Of a stretch of DNA of 64,000 nt, positions 22,674 to 32,957 are shown piece by piece. A model generated the notes under the pieces. The model had not been told where the DNA came from. It saw only the letters and a program-made list of their open reading frames with translations, and made no database searches. Every line of letters starts with the position of its first letter. Positions within the stretch are counted from its first letter, which is position 1. Source of the DNA: a virus; the IMG/VR virus record IMGVR_UViG_3300030119_000552, positions 1 through 64,000 of that record. The stretch is one strand, 5' to 3'. Both the position numbers and the translations under genes were made by a program.

Positions 22674-24104
22674 TTAAAAAGCAAAGAACTCTTTGCTTTT
22701 GTTTTTCTCGGAAGGTTGGTTTGGTGATTCTGCATCGTCAACTCTTGTTTTAGCAATGATAGCATAATCTTTTTCTTTTTCTATTCCGATATATTTTCTA
22801 TCGAGCATTTTAGCCGCAATACAAGTTGTTCCACTTCCAACAAACGGATCAACAACAACATCATTTTCACGACTTCCAAGTGTTATTAAATAACTCATTA
22901 GTTCAATGGGTTTAACGGTTGGATGAACATTTTGTTTTTCCGTGACAAATCTACCAGTAACATCGTGGTCGATTTTGCTATTGCTCATATCTTCTGCATT
23001 TCTTCTTCCTGGCATTGAAGAACTTTTCTTTTTAGGAAGATGTTCAAGACCTTTGTTTTTTTCTGCTTTGCTTGCTTTTGCAACAATCATAAAAGGAAAA
23101 GTCTTTTGAACACTTTCGGGCAATTTGTGTATTTGTGATTTCCACCAAGAATCTAAATCGTAAAAACGAGAAAACGATCCTTCGTCTCCGTAAGTTCTTC
23201 CGGCGGGTTTGCCTGTGCTTTCTTGCCAAATACCACCCGATCCACTTCCACTATCTGTGTGTTTTCCTTTGCTTCGTTTTACTCCGTCATTAAGTACATC
23301 GTCTTGTATAATTAAATTGGCTGCGAATCTTCCGTCTGGTTGTTTATATTCACCTGCACCACCTCGTTCAAAGCACTTGGTTTCTTTTTTTCTGTCGGAA
23401 GTCCACATATCCTTTCCTTCACGTGGTGTTGGATTTTTTGCATATGCTCCACCATCTAAACTTTCGTCCGTTGGAATTCTACAATCGTCTAACCAAGTAA
23501 TGCCTTTGCCATTTTTCATTGCTTGTTCAATATAAGATGATTCTTCAATAGGTTTCATTGCAACAAGCACAACTTCTACCGCAGGTTTAGGTTGATAACC
23601 TACATAAGACCCATCAAGTTCTTTTGCTTCATCAGATGTTGCTTCAAACTTTTCATATTCCGATTTGAATGAATCCTCTTTTCGTCCTGCGAGTTTTCCA
23701 TTCCATTCGGAGTTTTGTTTCCCCATTCCTTTGACTTTTCCTAAAGATTTTGCTTTTACTTTCAGTTTTTTATCAACTGCCCTACTAACATTTGTTGCTT
23801 TTGGAAATCCTGTTGCGTATGTCCAATAAATCGGAGTGAATCCAATATTGAATCCTGCGTCTTCTAAACGAACCATCATACGACTTTGTACATCTGAACG
23901 TGGTGCTGACATAACGAAACAGAATCCTCCTGGTTTCAAAACTCGTAAACACTCTTGCCAAATTTCTAATGCAGGAACTGCTTTGTCCCAATCACGATTC
24001 ATAAACGAGTATCCATAAGGTGGGTCTGTACAAACTAAGTCTACCGATTCGTCCTCAAGTTTCTTGAGAACTTTTAAACTATCTCCATTTATTATTTTAT
24101 TCAT
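22674..24104 (-). CDS. N6A/N4C DNA methyltransferase
   Basis: TDPPY, HPTVKP, DPFVGSGTT. Start placed at MNKIING. Confidence 0.93.
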   Translation of the reverse strand: MNKIINGDSLKVLKKLEDESVDLVCTDPPYGYSFMNRDWDKAVPALEIWQECLRVLKPGGFCFVMSAPRSDVQSRMMVRLEDAGFNIGFTPIYWTYATGFPKATNVSRAVDKKLKVKAKSLGKVKGMGKQNSEWNGKLAGRKEDSFKSEYEKFEATSDEAKELDGSYVGYQPKPAVEVVLVAMKPIEESSYIEQAMKNGKGITWLDDCRIPTDESLDGGAYAKNPTPREGKDMWTSDRKKETKCFERGGAGEYKQPDGRFAANLIIQDDVLNDGVKRSKGKHTDSGSGSGGIWQESTGKPAGRTYGDEGSFSRFYDLDSWWKSQIHKLPESVQKTFPFMIVAKASKAEKNKGLEHLPKKKSSSMPGRRNAEDMSNSKIDHDVTGRFVTEKQNVHPTVKPIELMSYLITLGSRENDVVVDPFVGSGTTCIAAKMLDRKYIGIEKEKDYAIIAKTRVDDAESPNQPSEKNKSKEFFAF

Positions 24105-24993
24105 AACTAAAAAACTTATTTGAGTTAACACGAAGTTTGTCTTGCTCACAATACTCAGGTATTTCATATTCACCTTGTTTGCGGAAAACCATAATATATT
24201 CGTGTATTTTACTTGTATATCTTTTGCTTGCTACTTTCGCACATTGAACATAAGCAAACGGACTAAGATTCTTCATAATGATTGTATCGTGATGAATCAT
24301 TCCTTCATTTACAAATGCAGTAATCAAGTCCGAGTGAAATGAATGCAGTCCACTTCCATCTATAGCTCTCCAGTCTGCGACTACCCATACACAAAACGCA
24401 CCTGGTTTCAAAACACGATTTACATTGCGACCACACTTTTGAATTTGATCCATAAAATCGTTGTAAGTTTCACATTCACTTAATTGATTTTTTGCGGTTT
24501 CATACTTTTCAAGATTATGATACGGAGGACAAGTAAACACCAAATCAGCAGTTTCATTTTGTGTGTGAAGCATTTCTGTTCCATCACAATTAAAAAGTTT
24601 AGGGGATACCTTGAACTTTTCAAAATGCCTCGTACATCGTGTATATGTTTGTTGTGATACTTCATAACCTTGATAGTCACGACCTAGTTTACAAGCAACC
24701 ATAGCACGGGTAGCACGACCTGCAAATGGGTCTACAACTATACTTCCACGCATACTCCAATAATTAAGTATTTGTTCTGCTACACCCGCATGAAATTCAC
24801 TGAATCTAAGACCAGGAAGATTCTCCGCATCTAAACTTCTTTTTCTTTCACAAATGCCATCGTCAAGATACGCTTCCGGCCACTGTTCACGATGATCACG
24901 ACTTGGTTCTAATACACTCAAAGGCAACCAACCGAATTGTTCATCAATTCTACAATCTTTTCTGATTGGAAGTATTTGATTATAGTTTGCCAT
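24097..24993 (-). CDS. amino-DNA methyltransferase (CPPY variant)
   Basis: VDPFAG before FTCPPY, then LKPG and HEYIMVFRK. Confidence 0.88.
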   Translation of the reverse strand: MANYNQILPIRKDCRIDEQFGWLPLSVLEPSRDHREQWPEAYLDDGICERKRSLDAENLPGLRFSEFHAGVAEQILNYWSMRGSIVVDPFAGRATRAMVACKLGRDYQGYEVSQQTYTRCTRHFEKFKVSPKLFNCDGTEMLHTQNETADLVFTCPPYHNLEKYETAKNQLSECETYNDFMDQIQKCGRNVNRVLKPGAFCVWVVADWRAIDGSGLHSFHSDLITAFVNEGMIHHDTIIMKNLSPFAYVQCAKVASKRYTSKIHEYIMVFRKQGEYEIPEYCEQDKLRVNSNKFFSYE

Positions 24994-27500
24994 TAGAAAG
25001 CAAAAAACTTTTGAGCATTTGCAAGATTCTCACTTGCAAAGTCCCAACTAAGTGCATCATAAAAGTCACGCAACTTTCCTTCAAGTTCTCGTTCAAACAA
25101 TTTATCTTTGTCTGCATACTTTTCAATGAACTCTAGTAACTCGGGTGGATCATCATAACCACGAAATGCAAGTGCATCTAAACCAAGTTCATTGTTCTTC
25201 AAATAAATCCACTTGATTTTCTCACCATCACGAATTGGTTCACTTTGAATATTAAATTTTCTAAGAAACTGATTATGAATGATACTAGACTTAACGTGTG
25301 CGGGTGTGCTTTTTGCACACTCACCCATAACTGCACCTTTATCCATCATCTTTACATACTTGGATATATTCTTAACGGCACTTGTTTTTGCAATATCATC
25401 AACTGATTCGTTCTTGACTTGCTTTTTGAGTGTAACAATCTTTTCATCAATTTCTTCTTTCGGTACATCCTTCAAAATATCTTTGAGGATTTCCGTCATA
25501 AACTCACGAAACCTTGTTGGAAAACTACTACGCACAACATCAAGACCCTTTACTTCCAATTCGTCACAAGTAACACCATTGTTATTGATAATCCATTGTG
25601 CATATCGTTTTTTTGCTAACCACATACTTGCTTTTGCAATCACTTCTTGTTTAATGTCATACCGATGCTCTTCAATATTAAAGAAACGTTTTGCCATTAC
25701 ATCATAACTTTTATTAATGAAAGTTTGTACGTTATCTGCGACTTCAAGAATTGCGGTTGCCATTTCATTGTCATTTTTAACATCAACATGAGGCATCGTT
25801 TTTTCTACGATAGGCAATGCCGAAAAGAAAACTGAATCAGTATCAATGTAAATGCAATGATCTTCGGTGTCACCAAGAATTTTGTTGTAATAGTGATTGG
25901 CAATTTTGCGACTGAACTTAATCACGGACACACCCGTGGTTGTAACTGCTTCTGCATTGTCCACGTCATAAAAACGAAAGATAGGCAAACCAAGAACACC
26001 ATACAATGAATTAAGAAGAATCTTTTGAACGTGCTGACGTCGTTTGTAAAACACGTACTTGGCATCGTCACCTGCATTACCATACTCTTTCATTTTGTTC
26101 TTAAACTCAACCCGTTGATTGAACCATTGATCAAGAATCGCAGGAATAAGTCCGACCTTTTCTTTGGTATACATAACTCCATTACTGCTGATAGAAAGAT
26201 TGTTATCTTTTAGAAATGTCTTGAACTCACCTGCTGAATATGTTTCACCACGAAATCCTACTTCAGTTTGCTCTCCGTCACAAAACTTTTCAGGACTCCA
26301 ATTATCAACAACACCCACTTTGGTTTCGGGTGAAATATTCGTGGACATAATAATAGATGGATACAGAGAAGTTAAATCCAAGTCAAACACCCACTTATAT
26401 TTACCAGGTGTCGGTGCAGCCACATACGCACCACTAAACTTCTTGGATTCGTCTCCTTTGATTTCATTGAATCGTTCACGGCCGTTTGGGTCTTTATTTG
26501 GTGCGACCAAATTGTGTCTGCGAAGATAAGTAAGCAACGCACCTTCAAGGTAACGAGAAGAAAATAATATATCTTCATACGGAACATGACCAACATGACA
26601 AATACTACGAGTCAATTCAATGAGTTCCATTTTTTTGTCAATCTCAACAACAATCTTCACGTCATTCAAATTGTATTCAATAAACTTCTCAATATCTTTC
26701 GCAAACAAATCATCGAGGTTACCTTCATATTCAATTTTACCTAATCCAACTTCTTTGCGACCAATCGCATCCAAACGATAACTTGGTTCAACACTAAATG
26801 TAAAGTTCTTGTATAATGCAAGATAATCCAAGCAACTAACACCTGCAATTACAATTCGTTTCTTGAACTGATGATAATACGCATGACCAATTGGACTTAA
26901 TCTGCTTGCTTCTTCTTGTCCTAAAACTCTTGCAAGTCTGCGATACAAATAAGGAACATCAAAGAAATCAATGTTCCAACCCGTCAAAATTGTCGGACTA
27001 ATCTCTTGGTAAAAATCAAGAAAGTGAGAAAGCATTGCTCGTTCATTATCATAAGAGTAAACTGAAACTTCTTCATTAGAATAGTCTGTGATTTTATCTT
27101 CTTTATCGAGAATCAGCACCACATAATTATTGGAACAACTATCGTGCCATGCGATAGAGGTAACGGGATTGTTTGCTTTCTCGGTGTCAGGCAATTCACC
27201 TTCCATGCTTACCTCAATATCAAAATTCATAACGCAATGACCGGTACTTGGTTCATCATCGTCTTCGTACAAATCAATTAAATTACGAGTCTCAACAGGA
27301 ACATCAGATTCAAACAAACCTTCATCTTCATACCTATAACGAGTAACTTTCTCAAGTTTGTCACCATACATACTGCGATACATTCCGTGTGGAGATTTTT
27401 TGTATGCGTATGGTTTGTTCTTGAATGTTACCAACCCTTGTTTGTCATCCCACAGAAAAACCATGTTGTCTTTTTTACTTACAAAAATATTTTGATACAT
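24993..27500 (-). CDS. family B DNA polymerase (T4 gp43-like)
   Basis: Exonuclease DIE motif, DLTSLYPS, KILLNSLYG, YIDTDS. Confidence 0.98.
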   Translation of the reverse strand: MYQNIFVSKKDNMVFLWDDKQGLVTFKNKPYAYKKSPHGMYRSMYGDKLEKVTRYRYEDEGLFESDVPVETRNLIDLYEDDDEPSTGHCVMNFDIEVSMEGELPDTEKANNPVTSIAWHDSCSNNYVVLILDKEDKITDYSNEEVSVYSYDNERAMLSHFLDFYQEISPTILTGWNIDFFDVPYLYRRLARVLGQEEASRLSPIGHAYYHQFKKRIVIAGVSCLDYLALYKNFTFSVEPSYRLDAIGRKEVGLGKIEYEGNLDDLFAKDIEKFIEYNLNDVKIVVEIDKKMELIELTRSICHVGHVPYEDILFSSRYLEGALLTYLRRHNLVAPNKDPNGRERFNEIKGDESKKFSGAYVAAPTPGKYKWVFDLDLTSLYPSIIMSTNISPETKVGVVDNWSPEKFCDGEQTEVGFRGETYSAGEFKTFLKDNNLSISSNGVMYTKEKVGLIPAILDQWFNQRVEFKNKMKEYGNAGDDAKYVFYKRRQHVQKILLNSLYGVLGLPIFRFYDVDNAEAVTTTGVSVIKFSRKIANHYYNKILGDTEDHCIYIDTDSVFFSALPIVEKTMPHVDVKNDNEMATAILEVADNVQTFINKSYDVMAKRFFNIEEHRYDIKQEVIAKASMWLAKKRYAQWIINNNGVTCDELEVKGLDVVRSSFPTRFREFMTEILKDILKDVPKEEIDEKIVTLKKQVKNESVDDIAKTSAVKNISKYVKMMDKGAVMGECAKSTPAHVKSSIIHNQFLRKFNIQSEPIRDGEKIKWIYLKNNELGLDALAFRGYDDPPELLEFIEKYADKDKLFERELEGKLRDFYDALSWDFASENLANAQKFFAF

Positions 27501-27508
27501 TGCAAACT

Positions 27509-27537
27509 ATTATATCGGAAGTTATATAAAAAGTCAA
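27509..27537 (-). promoter_or_regulatory. sigma70-like promoter for the polymerase, probably leaderless
   Basis: TTGACT-N17-TATAAT, with the -10 box 8 nt before the ATG. Confidence 0.8.
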
Positions 27538-28061
27538 GCACCAGTGCTTCCAAACCCACCAGTTCCTCTGTCTGTTTCCGACAAATCTTCTGCAATTTCA
27601 AATTCAACAGAGTGCGTTTCGGCAACTACGAGTTGGGCAATTCTGTCTCCTTTTGAATAAATTTTGTCCATATTTACATTAGTGTACAACGGAATTGTTG
27701 CTTGGTGTCCATGAATTCTTGCATATACATCTTCTGGTTGTATAATATATTTGAAACGAACAAGCAATTCTCCACGATATCCTGCGTCAATTAAGCCAAC
27801 TGAATTAGCAAGCATAAGATTTTTATTGCTGATACTGCTTCTTGGAAATATGTTAGTGTGATAAACTTTTTCATCTACGCATGGTTCAATATATAAATCC
27901 GTATGATATTGTATATAGTCAATTCGTGACCATGCTTGCATCTCTTCATTGTATTCTCCTGCAATTGCTGGATGAGAGGATGCCACAATATCATATCCGA
28001 CATCGTATGACGTTAAATTTTTTGGTATAATACTTCCAGTATTTTTTACTTTAATTTTCAT
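27534..28061 (-). CDS. dut: trimeric dUTPase
   Basis: GYD, PRSS, GLIDAGYRGE, RIAQL, RGTGGFGSTG. Confidence 0.96.
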   Translation of the reverse strand: MKIKVKNTGSIIPKNLTSYDVGYDIVASSHPAIAGEYNEEMQAWSRIDYIQYHTDLYIEPCVDEKVYHTNIFPRSSISNKNLMLANSVGLIDAGYRGELLVRFKYIIQPEDVYARIHGHQATIPLYTNVNMDKIYSKGDRIAQLVVAETHSVEFEIAEDLSETDRGTGGFGSTGA

Positions 28062-28527
28062 TCAAATATGATACTGCATCTTCAAAGGAATGTACAACAA
28101 AAATATCATTTTCTTTTGCTTCGTGTTCAAGCATATGTCTCCAAAACTTTATCGTTCCCCACATATGACCTTGGTTTATTTCCAATAAATTTTGCTTATG
28201 TCGTTCTTCATCAATAGTAACGAGGACATTGGGTTTTACATTCCATTCCCAAAAACTTCTTGCACTCCACACTTCAGGTATACTTAAAATTTTATCGTTA
28301 TTTTTTAACCAAGATTCCAAAACTTTCCAAGAATCTTGTGAAAAAGAGACTGCAATGTCATGTTCATCTATGTAATTACAAGAATATGATTTATGCGAGA
28401 ATTCTTTTTTGTTAAAGTGTGGTGGCCACCCTAGTTCATTTGCTATGATTTCATCACAATCTGCAAATCCAAGTGTCTTACTATAATAGGTTTTTCCCGA
28501 ATGCCTAACTGCTGATATTACTTTCAT
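28051..28527 (-). CDS. hypothetical P-loop-like (kinase-like) protein
   Basis: N-terminal AVRHSGKT. Confidence 0.5.
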   Translation of the reverse strand: MKVISAVRHSGKTYYSKTLGFADCDEIIANELGWPPHFNKKEFSHKSYSCNYIDEHDIAVSFSQDSWKVLESWLKNNDKILSIPEVWSARSFWEWNVKPNVLVTIDEERHKQNLLEINQGHMWGTIKFWRHMLEHEAKENDIFVVHSFEDAVSYLNEN

Positions 28528-28864
28528 GGGAATAATACTTTTGAATTAATTTTACAAGAACATCTCCGTGGCATGGCTTTGGTTTACACCAACAACCGAG
28601 TATTTTTCCTTTAAGTGTTTTTAATTCTTCTATGAGTTGGGGTTGAGATTCAATCCATTCTTCGTATTTTTTAATTGCCTCGGAAGTACTATCGACACGA
28701 TACTTTGCTATAGTCCCATCTTTTGATGAAAACGGATTTCCCCATAAAGAAGGCCTTCCGATGTAGATATCATATTCTGATTTCTTGCAATGGACTACTT
28801 TAGTTGTATTTGTGCTGATTTCTAAATTAGAATAAAATGATAAATTAACTTTTGGTTTTGTCAT
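28505..28864 (-). CDS. DUF4326-family protein
   Basis: YIGRPS.WGNPF...LGCWCKPKPCHGDVL. Confidence 0.85.
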   Translation of the reverse strand: MTKPKVNLSFYSNLEISTNTTKVVHCKKSEYDIYIGRPSLWGNPFSSKDGTIAKYRVDSTSEAIKKYEEWIESQPQLIEELKTLKGKILGCWCKPKPCHGDVLVKLIQKYYSHESNISS

Positions 28865-29186
28865 CCAAATCTATATCAGTATCTTTATCAAAATTTTCCA
28901 TATCGGAGAACAATTCTTTAACGAAGTCAAATTCTAACTGATTACCAGAAAACTCTGGTTCGTTGATGTGTGAATAATTTACATTAGTAGAATTGTTGTA
29001 GGCATCTACGAATTCAAGGTGTCCATCAAACTGAAAACCTGCTCCTTTCAGAAATAACTCAAACGCATTTAAAACTTCATCTAGAGTTTCTTCTGTTGTA
29101 GAGTGTCTTGTTCGTGATACAAGATTATCATCAGAATCCCTCCATGTGTAGTCAAATGTGAATTTTGCTGTATTATTGTATTTCAT
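28845..29186 (-). CDS. hypothetical phage protein
   Basis: L.EVL..FE.FLKG.GF; ATATTTAT motif upstream. Confidence 0.7.
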   Translation of the reverse strand: MKYNNTAKFTFDYTWRDSDDNLVSRTRHSTTEETLDEVLNAFELFLKGAGFQFDGHLEFVDAYNNSTNVNYSHINEPEFSGNQLEFDFVKELFSDMENFDKDTDIDLDDKTKS

Positions 29187-29228
29187 ATATACATAAATAT
29201 ATAGAAATATACTAGGTAAGTAAAGTCT

Positions 29229-29435
29229 TTATTTAGACTTCACACCTAATACTGCTGATTTTATGATTATCTGTAAGTAAAATTGTAAGAATATCGCAGC
29301 TGCCCAATTTGTTAGACTATACTCTATATTTGTTGCAAATAAGGTATTGATTGCCCAAATAATCCCGAGTGGCAGAAAAATTATTCCGATTATACCTAAA
29401 ACTAAAGCAAGCAAAGAAGTAGTTTTGACTTCCAT
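29229..29435 (-). CDS. small membrane protein
   Basis: Two hydrophobic segments. Confidence 0.7.
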   Translation of the reverse strand: MEVKTTSLLALVLGIIGIIFLPLGIIWAINTLFATNIEYSLTNWAAAIFLQFYLQIIIKSAVLGVKSK

Positions 29436-29437
29436 TT

Positions 29438-29725
29438 TTATTTTCTAATCTTGCAGATTTTTTCGTACAACAATTCCAAATCATCGTATGTCATCCCAAA
29501 AATTGCTTCCACACCTTCTACCATTTTGTCAAACGAAATTATTGTCCCACACTCATCTGGATCACCTTCGGACTCTATAATTTTATATTTTATTTCCATT
29601 TCATCGGAAAGTTCTTCAAGTTTACAAAGTGTCATGTGTTCATATAATGTAACAAAGTCATCAACTGAACAACTTGCTAGAAACTCTAGTGATTCTCTTT
29701 CCATTGTGTTTTCGTCTGATTTCAT
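29438..29725 (-). CDS. hypothetical protein
   Basis: Acidic ORF. Confidence 0.6.
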   Translation of the reverse strand: MKSDENTMERESLEFLASCSVDDFVTLYEHMTLCKLEELSDEMEIKYKIIESEGDPDECGTIISFDKMVEGVEAIFGMTYDDLELLYEKICKIRK

Positions 29726-29784
29726 ATTTGAATGTTAGTTTGAGATTATGTATACATATAAATATATATTATAGAGACGGAATG

Positions 29785-31002
29785 TCAATTCTTTTTCCAA
29801 ATCCAAATTGGTTCTGCGAATGCAACATCTTTGGTTTCTTCGGTAATTTCCTTAAGGCCTTCCGAAAAATACTCACTCTTGGCATTTCCTGCACCACCTG
29901 AATTAAATCGTTTCGTCATTTCCATTCCAATGCAACCAAGATATTCAAGACCTTGTGATTTAATAAAGTCATTCATTGGATTTGTAATTTCAACATAGTC
30001 GTTGATGGGAGCATTAAATACATCTGCGATATTGATTGCAAGAATACCACTCTTCTTTATTGTCGGAATTATCTTACCAAGTGTAGTGTGAAGAAACTTC
30101 TCGTTCCAATCATCTATTTTTTTATATCTCACCCAAGATTGCGTATCATCTTCCGAATACTTTTCTGTATTAAAATATGGTGGACTTGTAAACACCGTAT
30201 CAAAGTAATTTTCGTATTGTGAGTAATCTACGTCTTCGGCAGGACTTTCTATTAGGTCTACTTTTCTATCTTGTTCAAAAAAGGTAGAATACTTTTCATA
30301 GAACTGAATTTGCTTTTGGTAGTTAGGATGATTAAGTGTATTGGGATCGATTCCAACATAATGCTCTGTGGTTTCACCTGTATAAAATCCTGCTAGTCTA
30401 TCACCCCATCCTGCACTAAAGTCTAATATGTTCTTGCTTTGAAAGTGATCGTAAAATGCTTTTGCTACTGCCGGTTTGAATTGTGATGCGACATACTTGC
30501 GAAGAGTGGTAGCAACACGGAGAGTGTTAATATCGACTTGATTAAGAACTTTATCTAACGTCCAATAAGCACGAACGATTGTTTTGATTCCTTTTACTGT
30601 TTGCCAAGTTTTCCAACCACTTGGAGTTCTTGTCCAATCTACTTTCCAACGAGTTTCTACATGAAATGGATTGGAAGCATTATTACCAGAATTGTTTCTT
30701 TTCAACAGAAACTGAGAATCTTTGTAGTTAAGGTGGTAGTTGCTTTTTCTTTCATTGCGAGGAAACCACTTTTTTTCTACAAGTACATCATTGTGCTTTA
30801 TTCCTTTTAACTTATTCAAACTATCAAGAGTTTGTTTATTTGTAATTTTAGGTAGTGGAGCGGGATATGTGTGTAATACTTTTGCCAATTCTTCTACAAC
30901 ATCTTCTTTTTCATACTTTTGCATAATGTCTTTCCACTCATCCTCTTCAATGAGGAGATATGGTTTCATGTTGTAGAACTTTTTGAAATGCTCTTGTAGC
31001 AT
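29785..31002 (-). CDS. phage amino-DNA methyltransferase (FTSPPY family)
   Basis: LDFSAGWGDRL, FTSPPYFN, NIAD, EPIWIW. Confidence 0.85.
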   Translation of the reverse strand: MLQEHFKKFYNMKPYLLIEEDEWKDIMQKYEKEDVVEELAKVLHTYPAPLPKITNKQTLDSLNKLKGIKHNDVLVEKKWFPRNERKSNYHLNYKDSQFLLKRNNSGNNASNPFHVETRWKVDWTRTPSGWKTWQTVKGIKTIVRAYWTLDKVLNQVDINTLRVATTLRKYVASQFKPAVAKAFYDHFQSKNILDFSAGWGDRLAGFYTGETTEHYVGIDPNTLNHPNYQKQIQFYEKYSTFFEQDRKVDLIESPAEDVDYSQYENYFDTVFTSPPYFNTEKYSEDDTQSWVRYKKIDDWNEKFLHTTLGKIIPTIKKSGILAINIADVFNAPINDYVEITNPMNDFIKSQGLEYLGCIGMEMTKRFNSGGAGNAKSEYFSEGLKEITEETKDVAFAEPIWIWKKN

Positions 31003-31007
31003 ACACC

Positions 31008-31616
31008 TTATTGAGACTCAGACTCTTCAGAAGTTTTGGCTTGTTCTTGTGCTTTTCGTTCAGCCTTTTTCTGATTATGAATAGCAAGTTGACGAGCAAC
31101 TTCATCGTCTGTAATTTGTTGACCTTGTGAATATGTCGATTGTGGGGTGTTTACTTGTGGTGCATGAGGTGAATCGGGTGTAGATGAACTCGTTATATCG
31201 TGTATAGATGGTCTGTTATCTATTTTAGGGTAACCATCTTCGTATCGTAATTTAGAAACAGTTTGCTCTACCTCAATTTCTTCAGAAACCGTGTCTTGTT
31301 CCTTATTTAGCAATTTATCAATTTGCTCTTCCGAAACTTCATTTTGTGGTGACGGTGTTGGGTTTCCAATGACTGAGTTAGAAGTTAACTTAATAGTTTC
31401 ATACTGACCTGATTCTGCTTTTTTTGGATCGCGATTTTTTAATTTTTCTTGAAACGCAGCTAAAAGACCAGTTAATCCTGGATTCTCGAATTTGGTTTCG
31501 TACTTAACTTTTTCTTCAACTTCTTCTTGATTTAACTCTTCTTCTCGTTTGATGTCGGTCTTGCGAGGTGTTTGAGCAATCTTCTCAAATTTTTTATCTA
31601 ATTCTTCAAAGGACAT
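31008..31616 (-). CDS. hypothetical low-complexity protein
   Basis: ORF with ATATTTAT motif upstream. Confidence 0.7.
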   Translation of the reverse strand: MSFEELDKKFEKIAQTPRKTDIKREEELNQEEVEEKVKYETKFENPGLTGLLAAFQEKLKNRDPKKAESGQYETIKLTSNSVIGNPTPSPQNEVSEEQIDKLLNKEQDTVSEEIEVEQTVSKLRYEDGYPKIDNRPSIHDITSSSTPDSPHAPQVNTPQSTYSQGQQITDDEVARQLAIHNQKKAERKAQEQAKTSEESESQ

Positions 31617-31650
31617 AGTAATAAATATATATGTATGTATTTATATTTTA

Positions 31651-31878
31651 TTAAAAAAAGTCATCACCCAATGCAATAAAAGTATTTCCCTTGTAGGTTG
31701 CAACCTGCGAATTATCATTACTTTTTATTTGAGCAATAGGACACATTTTGTCTTTTTTAAGATACCAAGTACCAAGAACCCAACCGTTTGTTTCGGTTTT
31801 TTCGGGTATATAAATGGTGTCTACTACTTGGTTTGTTGCGGTGTCTCTTACTTCGTATTCGTGGTGTAACTTACCCAT
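31651..31878 (-). CDS. hypothetical protein
   Basis: ORF in operon. Confidence 0.65.
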   Translation of the reverse strand: MGKLHHEYEVRDTATNQVVDTIYIPEKTETNGWVLGTWYLKKDKMCPIAQIKSNDNSQVATYKGNTFIALGDDFF

Positions 31879-31881
31879 TAA

Positions 31882-32139
31882 TTAGTTTGAGGTAGTTTCA
31901 AACAGTAAGGTGGGTCTTCCAATCTCACCTTCAATCTTCCCAACAGATTTAATTGCTCCTGATTCAAGTGCTTTTTTTACTCTAAAACGAAGAGTAATGG
32001 GAACTGCCGTGGGGTGTGTTCTTTCTAAATCAGCAATACTAAACTTTCCAGTTGGCCAATTAACTACCAACTTTTCCTTCTTTGGACGGACTTGAGTTTC
32101 TACTCTGATTTCTTTTTTAATTTTATTTGTATCTGTCAT
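31882..32139 (-). CDS. putative winged-helix DNA-binding protein
   Basis: Helix pattern followed by G.I......GRP...F wing motif. Confidence 0.55.
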   Translation of the reverse strand: MTDTNKIKKEIRVETQVRPKKEKLVVNWPTGKFSIADLERTHPTAVPITLRFRVKKALESGAIKSVGKIEGEIGRPTLLFETTSN

Positions 32140-32181
32140 AATTGTGTTGATTTATTTAGTTTTAAGATAAATCAAAGAGAA

Positions 32182-32367
32182 TTAACTCTTTGATTCCGCA
32201 ACCGATGCCTTTCTGTATTCGGTGGCCAACTTCTTGATTTCACCGATTGCCTTACGGGCACGTGTACCAGATGCCTTAGTTCCGGATTCTGCGTTTTGGG
32301 TATGGTTTTCTTCAAATGCTTCGTACAAAGCTTTGATTTGTTCATATAGTTCTTTTGATGTAGCCAT
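32182..32367 (-). CDS. histone H1-like Hc1-family protein
   Basis: G.KASGTRARKA..EIKKL..EYRK.SV signature. Confidence 0.8.
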   Translation of the reverse strand: MATSKELYEQIKALYEAFEENHTQNAESGTKASGTRARKAIGEIKKLATEYRKASVAESKS

Positions 32368-32438
32368 ATTTAACCTTTCATGTTTTATTGTTATTAAAAT
32401 ATATAATATATCTTTTTTAATATTTTTGCAAGTAAAAT

Positions 32439-32858
32439 TTATGCGAAGAAAATTACATACGCATTATCATCAGTAGTCACATTCATGTGTCTAAACACCC
32501 AACGTTCATTGTGCATTTGTTGAATTAAGTCTGCGTATGCCTCTGATGTTTTGTCGATTTTAACTACTTTACCTGCAACCGGTGTTGCTTGATGTCTACG
32601 AACAAAGTCTGCCCAATTAAGTTCGGTTGAGTTATTTTCTATAAACTCATGGGTAAATAAATTAACATCGTTGGTGTTTTCTTCGTAGTGTTTTATTATA
32701 TCACCACGACAATCGCATCCAGGATCAACAGAGAAACTCAAAGCATGAGTTTCATTTGTTGGATATTTTTGGATATATGCGTTTAGAAACTTTTGAGAGG
32801 TTGTCAAAAGTTCTAGAATTGCTAATAGTGCGTATTTGTTAAACTCGTCTTGATTCAT
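32439..32858 (-). CDS. hypothetical protein
   Basis: Start placed at MNQDEF. Confidence 0.65.
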   Translation of the reverse strand: MNQDEFNKYALLAILELLTTSQKFLNAYIQKYPTNETHALSFSVDPGCDCRGDIIKHYEENTNDVNLFTHEFIENNSTELNWADFVRRHQATPVAGKVVKIDKTSEAYADLIQQMHNERWVFRHMNVTTDDNAYVIFFA

Positions 32859-32957
32859 GCTAATTAAATATTTATTATAATTAAATACAATTATGAGCAA
32901 TCTGTCAATCGGTATTTTTTTGTTGTAGAAATTAAGATTATCATTTAAAGTATCATC

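Noticed and set aside
24993-27500. Intein or intron in the DNA polymerase
   Set aside because: Continuous 835-aa ORF with normal motif spacing and no splice motifs.
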